Shown here one piece after another: positions 27,220-38,200 of a stretch of 55,311 nucleotides of DNA; the first letter of the stretch is position 1; the number at the start of each line of letters is the position of its first letter. The position numbers and the translations under genes were made by a program. Source of the stretch: Acidobacteriota bacterium (lineage in GTDB: Bacteria > Acidobacteriota > Thermoanaerobaculia > Multivoradales > UBA5704); the NCBI GenBank assembly GCA_040005235.1, contig JBDTZG010000035.1, positions 1-55,311 of the forward strand, given 5' to 3'. A model generated the notes under the pieces. It searched no databases. It saw only the letters and a list, made by a program, of their open reading frames with translations, and was not told the DNA's origin.

Positions 27220-28521
27220 TCACCTTCCCCGTAGTCGTTCCCGAACCGCACCGATCAGGAAAATCGAACCGCAGACCACCAGAGTGCGGGGGCTCATTTC
27301 GAGTGCCCGTTCGAGCGCCGCGTCTAGATCCGGAATTACCTCCGCTTCGGTTGCGGAAGGCAACAAGTCGATAAGCTCCGCCGGATCTTTCGCTCTTGGG
27401 CTGGGCGGCGCGGTGAGCACGATCCCGGCGATGTGGGGCACGAGGTGGCCGAGCATCTCCGCGGCGTCTTTGTCGCCCAATAGGCCGAGCAATAGATCCA
27501 CCGCCTCTCCGCTCTTTACTTGACGCTCGGCGAGGAACCGGCCGAGCATTTCGGCGCCTTCCGGGTTGTGGGCGGCATCGAGGACGATTCGCTTTCCATT
27601 CGAGAGGACGATGGATTCGAGCCGGCCCGGCCAGCGGCAGGTGGCGATTCCGCTCTCGATGGCGGCACGATCGATTCGGTTCCAGCCGAGAGCCGCCAGC
27701 TCTTCCGCCGCCGCCACGGCTAGGCCCAAATTGCGCAGTTGATGAGCTCCCGGCAGCGCCAGATCCAGCCGGTACCGGGCGTGATCCGTTTCGATCTCCA
27801 CCACCTGACCCTTCCAGCCGCGCGGTTTAGCTCCCAAAATCCGGACCCGGTCCGAGGCCGATGAGAGATTCGCGCCGATCCGGGCCGCTTCGGCTCGCGC
27901 AGATTCCAGCGCTTCGGGCGCTTCGATCCAGGCGAGAGCCGGCTTGCCGGAGCGGAGAATCCCCGCCTTCTCCCGGGCGATCGCGGTCAGGGTCTCGCCC
28001 AGCATTTCCCGGTGTTCGAGGCTGATCGAGGTGATCAGCGAGAGGATCGGCTCGGCGACGTTGGTCGCGTCGAGCCGGCCGCCGAGGCCGACTTCGAGCA
28101 CCGAGAGATCGGCGCGCTCCTCTGCGAACCAGAGGAACGCCGCGAGCGTCATCGCCTCGAAGTAGGTCGGCAGGCCGTCTCCCGCGTTCTGGGTGACCTC
28201 GACAATGCGCGCGAGGATTCTCCCCAACGAGCCGTCCGAAATCGGCTCGCCGTCGATCTGCAAGCGCTCTTCGACCCGTTCGAGATGAGGAGAGGTGTAA
28301 AGGGCGGTGCGGTACCCGGCGGCCAGCCCGATCGAAGCGAGCAGCGCCGAAGTCGAGCCCTTGCCGTTCGATCCGGCGACCATGACCGCCGGCACGGACT
28401 TTTCCGGATTTCCCAGCCGCGCGAGCATTTCGCGCATCCGATCCAGTCCGAGCCGGATGCCGAGCCCTTCCAGGCGACAGAGGATCGCGTCGACGCTTTG
28501 GGAGAGGTCCGGTTCGTTCAC
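27220..28521 (-). CDS. folC: folylpolyglutamate/dihydrofolate synthase
   Basis: VAGSNGKGST, YTSPHL, EVGLGGRLDATN, WPGRLE, DAAHNP; follows accD. Confidence 0.96.
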   Translation of the reverse strand: MNEPDLSQSVDAILCRLEGLGIRLGLDRMREMLARLGNPEKSVPAVMVAGSNGKGSTSALLASIGLAAGYRTALYTSPHLERVEERLQIDGEPISDGSLGRILARIVEVTQNAGDGLPTYFEAMTLAAFLWFAEERADLSVLEVGLGGRLDATNVAEPILSLITSISLEHREMLGETLTAIAREKAGILRSGKPALAWIEAPEALESARAEAARIGANLSSASDRVRILGAKPRGWKGQVVEIETDHARYRLDLALPGAHQLRNLGLAVAAAEELAALGWNRIDRAAIESGIATCRWPGRLESIVLSNGKRIVLDAAHNPEGAEMLGRFLAERQVKSGEAVDLLLGLLGDKDAAEMLGHLVPHIAGIVLTAPPSPRAKDPAELIDLLPSATEAEVIPDLDAALERALEMSPRTLVVCGSIFLIGAVRERLRGR

Positions 28522-28554
28522 CGGGCGGGTTCGCTTCGAGAGGGGGTGGGCGGG

Positions 28555-29406
28555 TCAGACGCGCGTCAGGTGTTCGAGGCAGCGGGCGACCGTGCTCTTG
28601 AGCTCGGGGCGCGGCACCACGAGATCGAGAAAGCCGTGCTCCAGCAGAAACTCGCTGGTCTGGAATCCTTCGGGCAGGCTCTGGCGGATCGTCTGTTCGA
28701 TCACTCGGGGACCGGCGAAGCCAATCAGCGCCCCAGGCTCCGCGATATTCAGGTCGCCGAGCATGGCGAACGACGCGGTGACGCCGCCGGTGGTCGGATC
28801 GGTCAAGATCGACAAATACGGCAGGCGCTCTTGCCGCAACCGGGCGAGCGCCGCGCTGATCTTCGCCATCTGCATAAGGGAGAGGACCCCCTCCTGCATG
28901 CGCGCGCCGCCCGAGGCGGAGACCACGATCAGCGGGAGCTTCTTGTCGATCGCGCGCTCCGCCGCACGGGCGATCTTCTCGCCCACGACCGAGCCCATCG
29001 AGCCGCCCATAAAGCGATATTCCATTGCGGCGAGGACCACCGGACGGTCCTCGATCCTGCCTTGGACAACCACCACGGCATCGCGCTCGCCGACCGCCAG
29101 CTGATAGCTCTTGAGGCGGTCCTTATATCGCTTGCTGTCCTTGAACTGGAGCGGATCGGTGGGCGAGATGTCGGAGAACAGCTCGCGGCCCTGCGGCTCG
29201 TCGAGCAGCATCGCGATCCGCAGCCGGGCATCGACGCGAAAGTGATAGCCGCACTTCGGGCAGACGTGGAGGCTGCGTTCCAGATCGCGCGAGTAGATGA
29301 TCTGCTTGCAGCCTTCGCACTTCACCCAAAGACCTTCGGGCACGTTGCTGCGCGAGCGGTCCTCGCGGACCGGCATCGGTTTCTTCGTCTTGCGAAACCA
29401 AGCCAC
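28555..29406 (-). CDS. accD: acetyl-CoA carboxylase carboxyltransferase beta subunit
   Basis: LWVKC..C/CPKC zinc finger, FMGGSMG, SGGARMQEG, PTTGGVTASF, FAGPRVIEQT. Confidence 0.97.
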   Translation of the reverse strand: MAWFRKTKKPMPVREDRSRSNVPEGLWVKCEGCKQIIYSRDLERSLHVCPKCGYHFRVDARLRIAMLLDEPQGRELFSDISPTDPLQFKDSKRYKDRLKSYQLAVGERDAVVVVQGRIEDRPVVLAAMEYRFMGGSMGSVVGEKIARAAERAIDKKLPLIVVSASGGARMQEGVLSLMQMAKISAALARLRQERLPYLSILTDPTTGGVTASFAMLGDLNIAEPGALIGFAGPRVIEQTIRQSLPEGFQTSEFLLEHGFLDLVVPRPELKSTVARCLEHLTRV

Positions 29407-29410
29407 GACT

Positions 29411-29644
29411 TTAGGCTTCGCCGGATCCTGCCTCTTCGGCTTCTAGATCGTTCTGAAGACCGAGCCGAAGGCAGGCGGCGTCGTACATCTGCCGGGCGGC
29501 CTTCTTGCCGTTCTGCAGCTCGGCGAGGCGATCCTTCACCTTGGCGAGCTCCTCCTCGATCGAGCGATCGAGCTCTTCGATCTCCTGGCGCGTGGTGGCC
29601 AGAATGTTTTCGTAGAATTTCCGCTGCTGATCATTCAGACTCAT
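29411..29644 (-). CDS. small coiled-coil hypothetical protein (77 aa)
   Basis: GGAGGAG RBS; heptad-rich helix; ends 4 bp before accD. Confidence 0.75.
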   Translation of the reverse strand: MSLNDQQRKFYENILATTRQEIEELDRSIEEELAKVKDRLAELQNGKKAARQMYDAACLRLGLQNDLEAEEAGSGEA

Positions 29645-29667
29645 TGATCTCCTCCCACTGCCTGCGC

Positions 29668-32600
29668 CTAGAGCTTGAACGGAACGCGTAGCCGTGTCCA
29701 CATCTTGACCCGGACGCCGCCTTTGGTCGCAGGGCGATACTGAGCGCCTCGCGCAGCGGCGAGCGCGGATTCGTTGATTCCCACTTTTTGTTTGATCGGC
29801 TCGACCAACCGTGCCTCTGCAACCCTGCCGTTCTCGTCGACCAGCACCGCCAGGACGACCACGCCCTGCACGCCAAGCTGCTTGGCGAGCGCAGGATATC
29901 CCGGTTTCGGAGCGCTGACAAGCTGAGGAACGCTCACTCCGGGACCCGGCTCGACTAGATCCCCTTCGCGAACCCGCGGAGCTTCTTCCGCGGCGGGCGC
30001 AGGGGGCTCGGGCCTGCGCTCCTCCGCCTTTGCCGGTTCGGGCGTCGGCTCGGGGCGGCGCTCCTCCGGCTGCGGCGCCGGTTCTGGGGGAGCCGGGGCA
30101 GGGGCGGGCGAAGAGGCAACGGGAACGGGCGTCGCCGCTTCTGGGCTCTTTTCGGCCGCGGGGGTACCTGACGCCAGCTGCTCGCGTAGCTTCTTCTCAT
30201 CTTTCGCGAATTGCTTTTGCAGCTCCTCGCGCTTCTTCGCCATGGCTTCGTCGACCAGTCCGGTGAGATCGGTCTGCAGCGCGGGAGCCGTCGGGGTGCC
30301 CGCGGGTCCCGCCGCGGGAGCCGGAACGACTGCCGTACCCGGCGCGGTTCCGGGCGCCGGGACCGTCGGCGCCTTCGCCTTGCCACGGGCAAACCAAAGG
30401 CCTCCGGCCACTGCAGCGATTACCAACGCCGCCAGGGCGAGCCAGAGCGCGGTCCGATTCTTGCCCGTCGGCGCCGCGGCTGGCACCTCTGCAAGAGGTG
30501 CAACCGCCTCGATGACCGGCCCGGCCTCGGTAGGCCCCGGTTCGGACCTCGTCGACAGGGCGGTGATGCTCGGCACGGGTAGCGAGGAGATCGTGGCCGC
30601 CGCGGGGACCACGGAGATAGGCGTCTGCGACGCGGGCGGCGCAACGGGAACCGGCGCGGCGGCCGGAACGTAAGCCGGAGCCGGAGGGGCCGGCGCCGCG
30701 GCTGGCGGTGCAGGAGCTTCCGTCGGGATGGGCGCCTCTTCGAGCTTGCGGACGTAGGCCGCGAGGTCGGTGTGCGAAGGCGTGGGCTTCTGCTCGTAGA
30801 GCACGGCGCCCAGGCGCTGTTCCATCTCCCCCGCGGACTGGAAGCGATCGGCCGGATCGTGGGCGAGCGCCCGGCGGGCGATCGAGTCGATCTCGGCCGA
30901 GATCGACGGATCGATCTCGCGCGGGCTCTTCACCTTTCCTTCGCGCACGGCTTCGAGGACTGAGATTTCGCTGTCCCCGGCGAACAGCCGCTCGCCGGTG
31001 AGCATTTCGAACAGCAGCGTGCCGAGCGAGAAGATGTCGGAGCGCGCGTCGACCGGCCGGCCCCAGGCCTGCTCGGGCGACATGTACTGGAGCTTGCCCT
31101 TGAGGGCCCCGATCTGCGTCTGCCCCGCCTGGGTCACCGCCTTCGCGATGCCGAAATCGCACAGCTTGATGTCGCCGTCGCGGCTGATCAGGACGTTCTG
31201 GGGCGATACGTCGCGGTGGACCAGCCCGAGCGCGCGCCCTTCGAAATCCCGCTTGTGGTGGGCGTGATCGAGCGCTCCGGCAACGTGATGCGCGATCAGC
31301 AGCGAGAGCCCGACGGGGATCGGCAACCGTTTCTGGCGGGCGAGGTTGCCGATCGTCCGCAGGTCACGCCCTTCGACGTACTCCATCGCAATGAAGTAGT
31401 CGTTGGCGATTTTGCCCAGATCGTAAATGTGGATGATGTTCGGGTGCGACAGCTGCGCCGCGAGCTTCGCCTCGTCGATGAACATGCTCACGAACTCGGA
31501 GTTGTGAGTCATGTGCGGCAGGATCTTCTTGATCGCCACGGTCTTTTGAAACCCTTCGAGACCACGCATGCGCGCCTTCCAGACCTCCGCCATGCCGCCG
31601 ACCGCGATCCGTTCGAGCAGCGTGTATTGCCCGAACCGCTGATCGTCCGCCTCTTCGGTGTAGACCGCAATCCGCTGCGTGGCGAGCGAATTGGCCGGCT
31701 CGACACTCGCGCCGAGCGTCGGCGGCGGAAGGGGAGGCGGAACCGCCACGGGCGGCTCGACCGGAGGGGGCACCGGCGCCTGGCGCAGGAGCGGCTCGGG
31801 GGTCCTAACCGGCGGCGGGGCGGGAGCGGACGGCGGCAGGGGGGCCGGGGGTCGTTGCGCCTGCGGAGTCGGCGGGCTCACGAAGGAGGGGGCCGTCGAG
31901 GGCAGGGCGCTCGCGGCGCCGGGGAGGGTCGTCGGGCGCACGGGGCGCGCAAGTTGCTCGATCGCGGCGAAATCGAGATCCGCCTTCGAGCGCACGCCAG
32001 TCCCCTCGCTCGGCTTCGGCTGCGGCGCGGCGGGAGCAGCAGGACGAACCGGCGGCGATGGAGGGATGGCGGCCGGGGCCGCCGGGGGTGCCGGGCGCGG
32101 CGGGGCGGCGCTCGAGCGTCCGCCCATTTGGAGGCTCGACAGAGTCTTAGAGAGCAGCGCCTCTACGTCCGTCGCCGGCAGCTCCGGAGGTTTCTTGGCC
32201 GGCGGAGTGGGCGGCTTCGGGCGCGGCAGGCCGCCCATCCCAAGCACGCCGGAGAGCGTCTGTTCGAGCTTCCGCTCGATCGCGCCTTGATCGGTCCCCG
32301 CCGCGGCGAATCCGGTCGGCAGCGCGGTGGCCGGGGCCAGCGAGGTCGCGGGCCGGCGCAGGTCGTCCTCGACCTCGGCGAGCACGTCGCCGAAGATGTC
32401 CTTCGAGGTCAACTGCTGGTCGTCCGCTTGAGACACCCGCGCCCGGGCTGGGTCGCGGCGGGCGGCGAGCGCGCGGCGCACCGCGACCTGGAGATCCTGG
32501 TCGGAAAACGGCTTCACCAGAAACTCATCGGCCTCGATTGCCGCGGCATCGACGCCGTCCAACGATTCGGGCATCAACGCGACGACTCCGGGGCCGCCGG

Positions 32601-32805
32601 AGCGGCGGGAGAAACTGATGGCCAACGCCTCGACCCCCGGCGCCTCCGCGCTCGCGATCACCAGATCGGGCGCCTCGGATGCCGCCGCCTGGAGAGCCTC
32701 GGCCCGGCCGCCGACAAAATGCAGCCGGTAGCCCTCGACGGAAAGCGCATCCTGAATGCGCTCGATATAGCGTTGTTCCCGCTCGATGACGAGGATCAGG
32801 GCCAT
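29668..32805 (-). CDS. pseudo-receiver / Pro-rich linker / Ser-Thr kinase / TM / TonB C-terminal fusion protein
   Basis: N-terminal REC fold (PDLVIAS..FLVKPF); kinase [23 protein letters not shown]; [21 protein letters not shown]; TonB-C P.YP.LA...GVQG.V...V.VDE.G.V...YRPA...G. Confidence 0.9.
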   Translation of the reverse strand: MALILVIEREQRYIERIQDALSVEGYRLHFVGGRAEALQAAASEAPDLVIASAEAPGVEALAISFSRRSGGPGVVALMPESLDGVDAAAIEADEFLVKPFSDQDLQVAVRRALAARRDPARARVSQADDQQLTSKDIFGDVLAEVEDDLRRPATSLAPATALPTGFAAAGTDQGAIERKLEQTLSGVLGMGGLPRPKPPTPPAKKPPELPATDVEALLSKTLSSLQMGGRSSAAPPRPAPPAAPAAIPPSPPVRPAAPAAPQPKPSEGTGVRSKADLDFAAIEQLARPVRPTTLPGAASALPSTAPSFVSPPTPQAQRPPAPLPPSAPAPPPVRTPEPLLRQAPVPPPVEPPVAVPPPLPPPTLGASVEPANSLATQRIAVYTEEADDQRFGQYTLLERIAVGGMAEVWKARMRGLEGFQKTVAIKKILPHMTHNSEFVSMFIDEAKLAAQLSHPNIIHIYDLGKIANDYFIAMEYVEGRDLRTIGNLARQKRLPIPVGLSLLIAHHVAGALDHAHHKRDFEGRALGLVHRDVSPQNVLISRDGDIKLCDFGIAKAVTQAGQTQIGALKGKLQYMSPEQAWGRPVDARSDIFSLGTLLFEMLTGERLFAGDSEISVLEAVREGKVKSPREIDPSISAEIDSIARRALAHDPADRFQSAGEMEQRLGAVLYEQKPTPSHTDLAAYVRKLEEAPIPTEAPAPPAAAPAPPAPAYVPAAAPVPVAPPASQTPISVVPAAATISSLPVPSITALSTRSEPGPTEAGPVIEAVAPLAEVPAAAPTGKNRTALWLALAALVIAAVAGGLWFARGKAKAPTVPAPGTAPGTAVVPAPAAGPAGTPTAPALQTDLTGLVDEAMAKKREELQKQFAKDEKKLREQLASGTPAAEKSPEAATPVPVASSPAPAPAPPEPAPQPEERRPEPTPEPAKAEERRPEPPAPAAEEAPRVREGDLVEPGPGVSVPQLVSAPKPGYPALAKQLGVQGVVVLAVLVDENGRVAEARLVEPIKQKVGINESALAAARGAQYRPATKGGVRVKMWTRLRVPFKL

Positions 32806-33005
32806 GCTTGCTTCTCCTGAGAGGCGAATCCTCGCTCTTCTAGCATTGGCGCCGCCCGTCCGTCAATCGAACGCACTGACGGGCAAGGGCTTACCTCCTT
32901 GCGGAAACCCGCCGTTCCCTCTTGCCCAAGCTCTCGCCGCCCCCTTGGGCGAGCGTGTAAACTGGTGGGCCGCGAAGGTTCGAGCTACAGGGGGAAAAGA
33001 GCACG

Positions 33006-33746
33006 ATGTCCGGCCACAGCAAATGGGCGACGATCAAGCATAAGAAGGCGGTGACCGACGCCCGGCGCGGCAAGGCGTTCACCAAGCTGCTCAAAGAGAT
33101 CACCGTCGCGGCCCGCATGGGCGGCGGCGACCCGAAGGGCAACCCGCGCCTGCGCTCGGCGATTCTCGAAGCGCGCGGCAGCAGCGTGCCGAACGACACC
33201 ATCGACCGGGCGGTCAAGAAGGGATCGGGCGACTTGGGCGGCGCGACGTTCGAGGAGCTGGTCTATGAGGGGTATGGACCGGGCGGCAGCGCGATTCTGG
33301 TCGAGGCAGCAACCGACAACCGCAATCGAACCGCGGGCGAGATCCGCCATCTGTTCGCCAAGAACGGCGGCAACCTATCCGAGGCCGGCGCCGTCTCCTG
33401 GATGTTCGATCGCCGCGGTTACTTCGCGGTCGAGCGGGAAACCCAGAGCGAGGACGCGTTCCTGGAGCTGGGGTTGGAGCTCGGTGCCCACGACATCTCG
33501 ACCGACGGCGAGGTCTATGAGATCTTCACCTCGGTCGAGGACTTCCTGCGCGTCCAAGAGGAGCTGGCGCAGAGGAAGATTGCGACCCTGGTGGCTGAGC
33601 TGTCGATGATTCCCCAGACCTACATGGAGCTGCCGAGCGACAAGGTGCGCTCCGCGATGCGTCTGATGGAAGCCTTGGAGGACCACGACGACGTGCAGAA
33701 AGTGTGGGGAAACTTCGAGGTCGCCCCGGAGGCTCTCGATTCCTAG
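33006..33746 (+). CDS. yebC: YebC/PmpR family protein
   Basis: MSGHSKWATIKHKK, YEGYGPGG, TDNRNRT, LEDHDDVQ. Confidence 0.97.
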   Translation: MSGHSKWATIKHKKAVTDARRGKAFTKLLKEITVAARMGGGDPKGNPRLRSAILEARGSSVPNDTIDRAVKKGSGDLGGATFEELVYEGYGPGGSAILVEAATDNRNRTAGEIRHLFAKNGGNLSEAGAVSWMFDRRGYFAVERETQSEDAFLELGLELGAHDISTDGEVYEIFTSVEDFLRVQEELAQRKIATLVAELSMIPQTYMELPSDKVRSAMRLMEALEDHDDVQKVWGNFEVAPEALDS

Positions 33747-33764
33747 CGTTTCGCCTTCCCGCCC

Positions 33765-34280
33765 ATGTTGATCCTCGGCCTCGATCCGGGCAGCCTTCAT
33801 ACCGGCTTCGGCCTGATCGAAAAGCGCGGCGGCAAGCTCGTCGCGATCGAAGCGGGTCGGTTCTCGTGCCCGCGCGACCTCGCGTTGCCGCAGCGATTGG
33901 CCTCTCTGGTGGTGCGCCTCGAAGAGCTGCTCGACCGCGCCAACCCTGAGGTGGTGGCGATCGAGGCGCCGTTTCATGGCGCCAACCATCGTTCGCTGAT
34001 CGTGCTGGCCGAGGCCCGGGGGGCGCTCCTCGCTTCGGTCGCAAGGCGCGGTTTCGAGATCGTCGAGTACAGCCCCGCGGAGGTCAAATCGGCGGTTGCG
34101 GGCAACGGCCGCGCCGACAAGACCCAGGTGGCGCGGATGGTCGGGCTGATTCTCGGCTCGACGGACAAATGGGCGGCCGATGCCACCGATGCCCTGGCGG
34201 TGGGCGTCTGCTGCGCCCAACGTCTGCGGATCGATCGCCTCACCGCCCGGCCCGTCGCCCCGGCTCGAACCGCCAAGTAG
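33765..34280 (+). CDS. ruvC: Holliday junction resolvase
   Basis: ILGLDPG, AIE, EYSP..VK..V.G.GRA.K.QV, DATDALA. Confidence 0.96.
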   Translation: MLILGLDPGSLHTGFGLIEKRGGKLVAIEAGRFSCPRDLALPQRLASLVVRLEELLDRANPEVVAIEAPFHGANHRSLIVLAEARGALLASVARRGFEIVEYSPAEVKSAVAGNGRADKTQVARMVGLILGSTDKWAADATDALAVGVCCAQRLRIDRLTARPVAPARTAK

Positions 34281-34313
34281 TTTAATTATCTGGCTTTAGC
34301 GCTCCGTCGTCGG

Positions 34314-34343
34314 TTGACCCTTACTTCTAGAGCGTGCTAGCTT
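34314..34343 (+). promoter_or_regulatory. sigma70-type promoter for the DUF4388 gene
   Basis: TTGACC-N18-TAGCTT with extended -10 TG. Confidence 0.5.
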
Positions 34344-34391
34344 GGCGCACTCCGCTGACACGAACAGCTGAAGTGGACTAGGATCTCCGCA

Positions 34392-35210
34392 ATGGCTTTC
34401 CAGGGCTCGCTCAAGGAGCTACCGCTCCCCGACATCATTCAGCTCGTGTCCGTCTCGGGCAAGACAGGCGTCTTCGCGCTCACCCGCGAGGGCGACGTCA
34501 ACGGCGAGATCTTCCTTCGCGGCGGCCAGATCGTCCACGCCCATTCCGGCGAGCTGGAAGGCGAGGAGGCGGTGTACGAGCTGGCGATCTGGCCGGAAGG
34601 CGAGTTCCTGTTCACCGCCGGCCAAGAGACCGACCGGACCACGATCCAAAAGTCGAACACCAACCTCCTGATGGAGGCGGCGCGCCGGATCGACGAATGG
34701 CAGGTTCTGTCGAAGCGCATCCCGTCGACCCGTCTTGTGCCGGTCTTCACCCAGCAGGCGACTACCACCTCGGTGTCGCTCACGCCGCACGAGTGGACCT
34801 TGATCTGCAAAATCGATGAGCGCCGCTCGATCGAGGAGATCGCGGTCGGCCTGGGATTGAGCCCGTTCGAGACCTGCAAGCTGCTCTACGGCCTGATCAC
34901 CTCCGGCCTGGTGGCGCTCAAAGAGGACTTCACCAAGCTGCGCACCGACCGCCTGCTGCGCTTGGATGCGGCGGCTCTCGCCGAGGTGAACGAGGCGATC
35001 CACGGCCAGGCCCGCGCCCTGCTTTCGAGCCATCCGAAGCAGGGCGATCTTGAAGCGCCGCTGCGGATGAGCAAGACCGGCTTAGAAGCGGGGCGTGGGT
35101 TCGAAGCCGTGCTCGACTTGGTGCGCGCCGACGAGAAGGTGGTTTCGGCAGCCCTCGGCCCCAACCAGTCGAAAGCTTTCCTCGACCGAGTTGCGCAGCT
35201 GCTCGCCTGA
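34392..35210 (+). CDS. DUF4388 domain protein
   Basis: GSLKELPLPDIIQL....KTG, G.IVHA, W.EGEF.F, LLMEAARRIDEW; followed by a wHTH-like segment. Confidence 0.88.
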   Translation: MAFQGSLKELPLPDIIQLVSVSGKTGVFALTREGDVNGEIFLRGGQIVHAHSGELEGEEAVYELAIWPEGEFLFTAGQETDRTTIQKSNTNLLMEAARRIDEWQVLSKRIPSTRLVPVFTQQATTTSVSLTPHEWTLICKIDERRSIEEIAVGLGLSPFETCKLLYGLITSGLVALKEDFTKLRTDRLLRLDAAALAEVNEAIHGQARALLSSHPKQGDLEAPLRMSKTGLEAGRGFEAVLDLVRADEKVVSAALGPNQSKAFLDRVAQLLA

Positions 35211-35236
35211 GTTGCGAGCCGCGATCAGGCGGTCGG

Positions 35237-38200
35237 TCACTCCAACGCCAGCTCAGTCTCGACCACCCGGCCCGCCGCCAAAAACCAAAGCTCGAAACGC
35301 GGCAGCTCGGCCAACGCCAACGCGTCGCGGATCGCGCGGGTGTAATGGGCGCCCTGCGGCGCATAGGCGGCGACCCGGGCTTTGAGCTCGGTGTCGCTTT
35401 GATCGCTTTGGACGTCGTCGGTCTTGTAATCGACGATCACGAAGCGGTCGATCCCCCCGCCTTCCTCGTGGTAGAGAAGATCGATCGCGCCCGAGATGAA
35501 GCCGACCGGCCCGGTTTCTTGCCGGTGATGATCTTCCGGCGCCGGCAGTAGGACCGGCAGCTCGCGGGCGAGGATTTTCGTGCCGAGGGAGCGCAAGCGC
35601 TCGACGAGCGGACCCGCGGCGAACGCTTCGAGCAGCCCGCGGGCTCGGACCTCTGCCGCATGGCGGGCTTCCGGGTCGATGCCGACCAGCGCCGCCAGGG
35701 TGCCCGGGAGGCTCGCGATCTGGCGCGCTCTCTCCGCCGTCACGTCCGCCGTGAGATCCCAGGTTTCAAGCGCTCGATGGACCGCGGTGCCTGCCGCCAT
35801 GGCGGCATTTCGGCGGTTTGCGAGGTCGGCGGTGTCTGTGGGAAGGGCCGCTTCGGCGCTCTCCGCTGCGCTCTCGTTCCTTTCCGCTTGGAGCTGGCGC
35901 AGCCGCTCGTGGGCCTCTTCGGACGCGGGCGCCGAGATCCGCCGCTTCTGGCGGGACGTGGCCTCTTGGCGACGCTTCGCCAGATCCCGCACCGCTGCGG
36001 CGACTTCGGTTCCCGTGCCGTAAGGCGGCAGTCCCGCGGCCGGCGCCTTCTGGCTCGCTTGGTAAGCAACCGGTGCGGCAGCCGTTAACCCCGGAAAGCG
36101 CCAGAGCACGCCGTCGCCGTCGATCCACGAAGTCTCTCGCGGCTCGGCGCCTTCCAGCTGATTCCAGAGGCTCGAAAGGTCGGGCCGGCCCGGTCGGGCA
36201 GTCAGGAGATGCAGGTGTGACCGTGCGCGTTCGGCAAGATTTCCCGGATCGCCGGGGGCGTTGTCGGGATTGGCTTCTCGCTCGGTCCACAGGCCGGAGA
36301 TCACCAGCCGGACCTTCGCCCGGGTGAGCGCCACGTACAGCGTGCGCACCCGTTCCGCCGCTTCGACCGCGGCGCGCTCCGCCTCGACCTCGGCAAAGCC
36401 GGGAGTCGGCGCACCGAACAGGCGCACCTCCCACCGGTCGTCGCCCGGTTCGGCCGTGGAGCTCCCGACCCGGCCGACCGCTGTGCCGATCTCGTTGTCG
36501 GCCGGCGGTTGCCGGTGGGTCTGGAGCAGGTAGACGTGATCGAAGTCGAGTCCTTTGGCGCCGTGGATCGTGAGCACCGAAACGGCCGCTTCGCCACCGT
36601 CCGGCCGCGCCTCTTCGGCGTCGAGCCCCTCGGTGATGCTCCGGCGGAGCACGCGCAGCAGGGCGCCCGCGTCGCCCTCCTCCTCGAACGCTTCGAGCAG
36701 GCGGCGGAAGAAGCGGTCGAGGTTCGCCAGGCGATACGGGCCGAGGTAACGCGCCGACTCGGTCGGCTCCATGAACGAAAAGCGCCGGAGCTTTTCAACG
36801 AACAGGTCCGCGGCGTCGGTCGCGAACGAGCGGCGCATCGCCCCCAGGGCCGCCATCGCGGCTTCGAGGCTCGCCTCCCAGCCGGCGATCTCGGCGATGC
36901 CCGGCACGTCGCGCGGAGTGGCGAGCGCCGCCTCTTTCGCCAGCGCGGAGATCTGCTGCAACGCCTCGGCGGCTCGAGCCGGATCGGAGGTGCCTCCCAG
37001 CTCGCTCGCGAGACGAGGAAAACCCCGGCCCCACAAGGGGATCAACGCCGCGTCCGGCACCCCGACCGCCGCCGAGCGGAGCCAGGTGAGCAGGGCCAGA
37101 TGGTCGCCCGGATCGAGCACGGAGCGGACCAGGGCGGAGGCTTCGATGATCTCGCGCCGCCGGTAGTACTGGCGATCCCGGCCGACCGCGAACGGAATGC
37201 GCCGGGCGCGCAGCGCTTCGAGCACGATCTCGACCGAACCGAAGCCCCGGAGAAGAATCCCAAAGGAATTCCACGCCACCCCTTCCCGCTCGTGCAGCTC
37301 CGCGATGTCGCGCGCCACCGCCTCGGCCTCCAGCTCGGCGGCGGCGACCAGCGGGGTCTTTCCCAGACCGGGCGCGTCCGCTGCGTTCGCGGCTTCGGGG
37401 CGCCAGAGCACCCAATGCTCGACCGGCCGGCGTCCCGCGGCCGCGAATCCCTCCTCCTCGTCCAACTTCTCGCAAGGAAGCAGCGGCTGGAACGCCGGCT
37501 GAAGCCCGGTCCGCTCGCGCATGACCGGCGCCACGGCGACTTCGACCTCGGCGAGGATTCCCGGCACCGAGCGGAAGTTTTCAACCAGCGGCAACACCTC
37601 CCCGCCCGCCGCGCGCACCCGAGCGACGAAACCGGAGTAGGCGGAGAGATCGGCGCTCCGCCAGCCATAGATCGACTGTTTCGGATCGCCGACCAGGAAA
37701 AGCCCCGGCAAAGGAGCCTCTGGCGCCGCGGGGTCGGGCAGCGCGAGCGCCGCGAGCAGCGCGCACTGCTGGCGGTCGGTGTCCTGGAATTCGTCGACCA
37801 GCAGCTGATCGATCCGGCCCCTCACTTCGCGGCGCACGCCGGGATGGTTCGACAGCAACCGCGCCGCGCCGGACAGCAGCGATTGAAACGTCGCGGCGCC
37901 GCGGGTCCGCATCGTGTTTTTAACCGTCGCAAGCAGCGGGGCCAGAGCGCCGCGCGCCGCAGTCAGCAGCTCGGCATCGAATCCAAGCAGAAAACGCGCG
38001 GCGCGGCGAAGCCGGCCGGAAGCGGCTGCGACCGCCTCGGCTCGGTCGGCAAAGGCGGTGTCCTCCGTCTGGTTGAAGCTACCCTTTTCCCAATTCGCGA
38101 GGTGGTTGACCAGGTTTTCGGGCAGCACCTGGGAGCAGACCGGGCTCAAAGCCTCAAGGCCCGTGGTTTCGACCCCCTCGAAGCATCCGACCAGTTGGTT

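Noticed and set aside
32881-32949. Structured RNA or riboswitch upstream of yebC (GGGCAAG/CTTGCCC and CCCAAG/CTTGGG stems)
   Set aside because: Short GC-rich stems are expected by chance here and I recognise no RNA family motif
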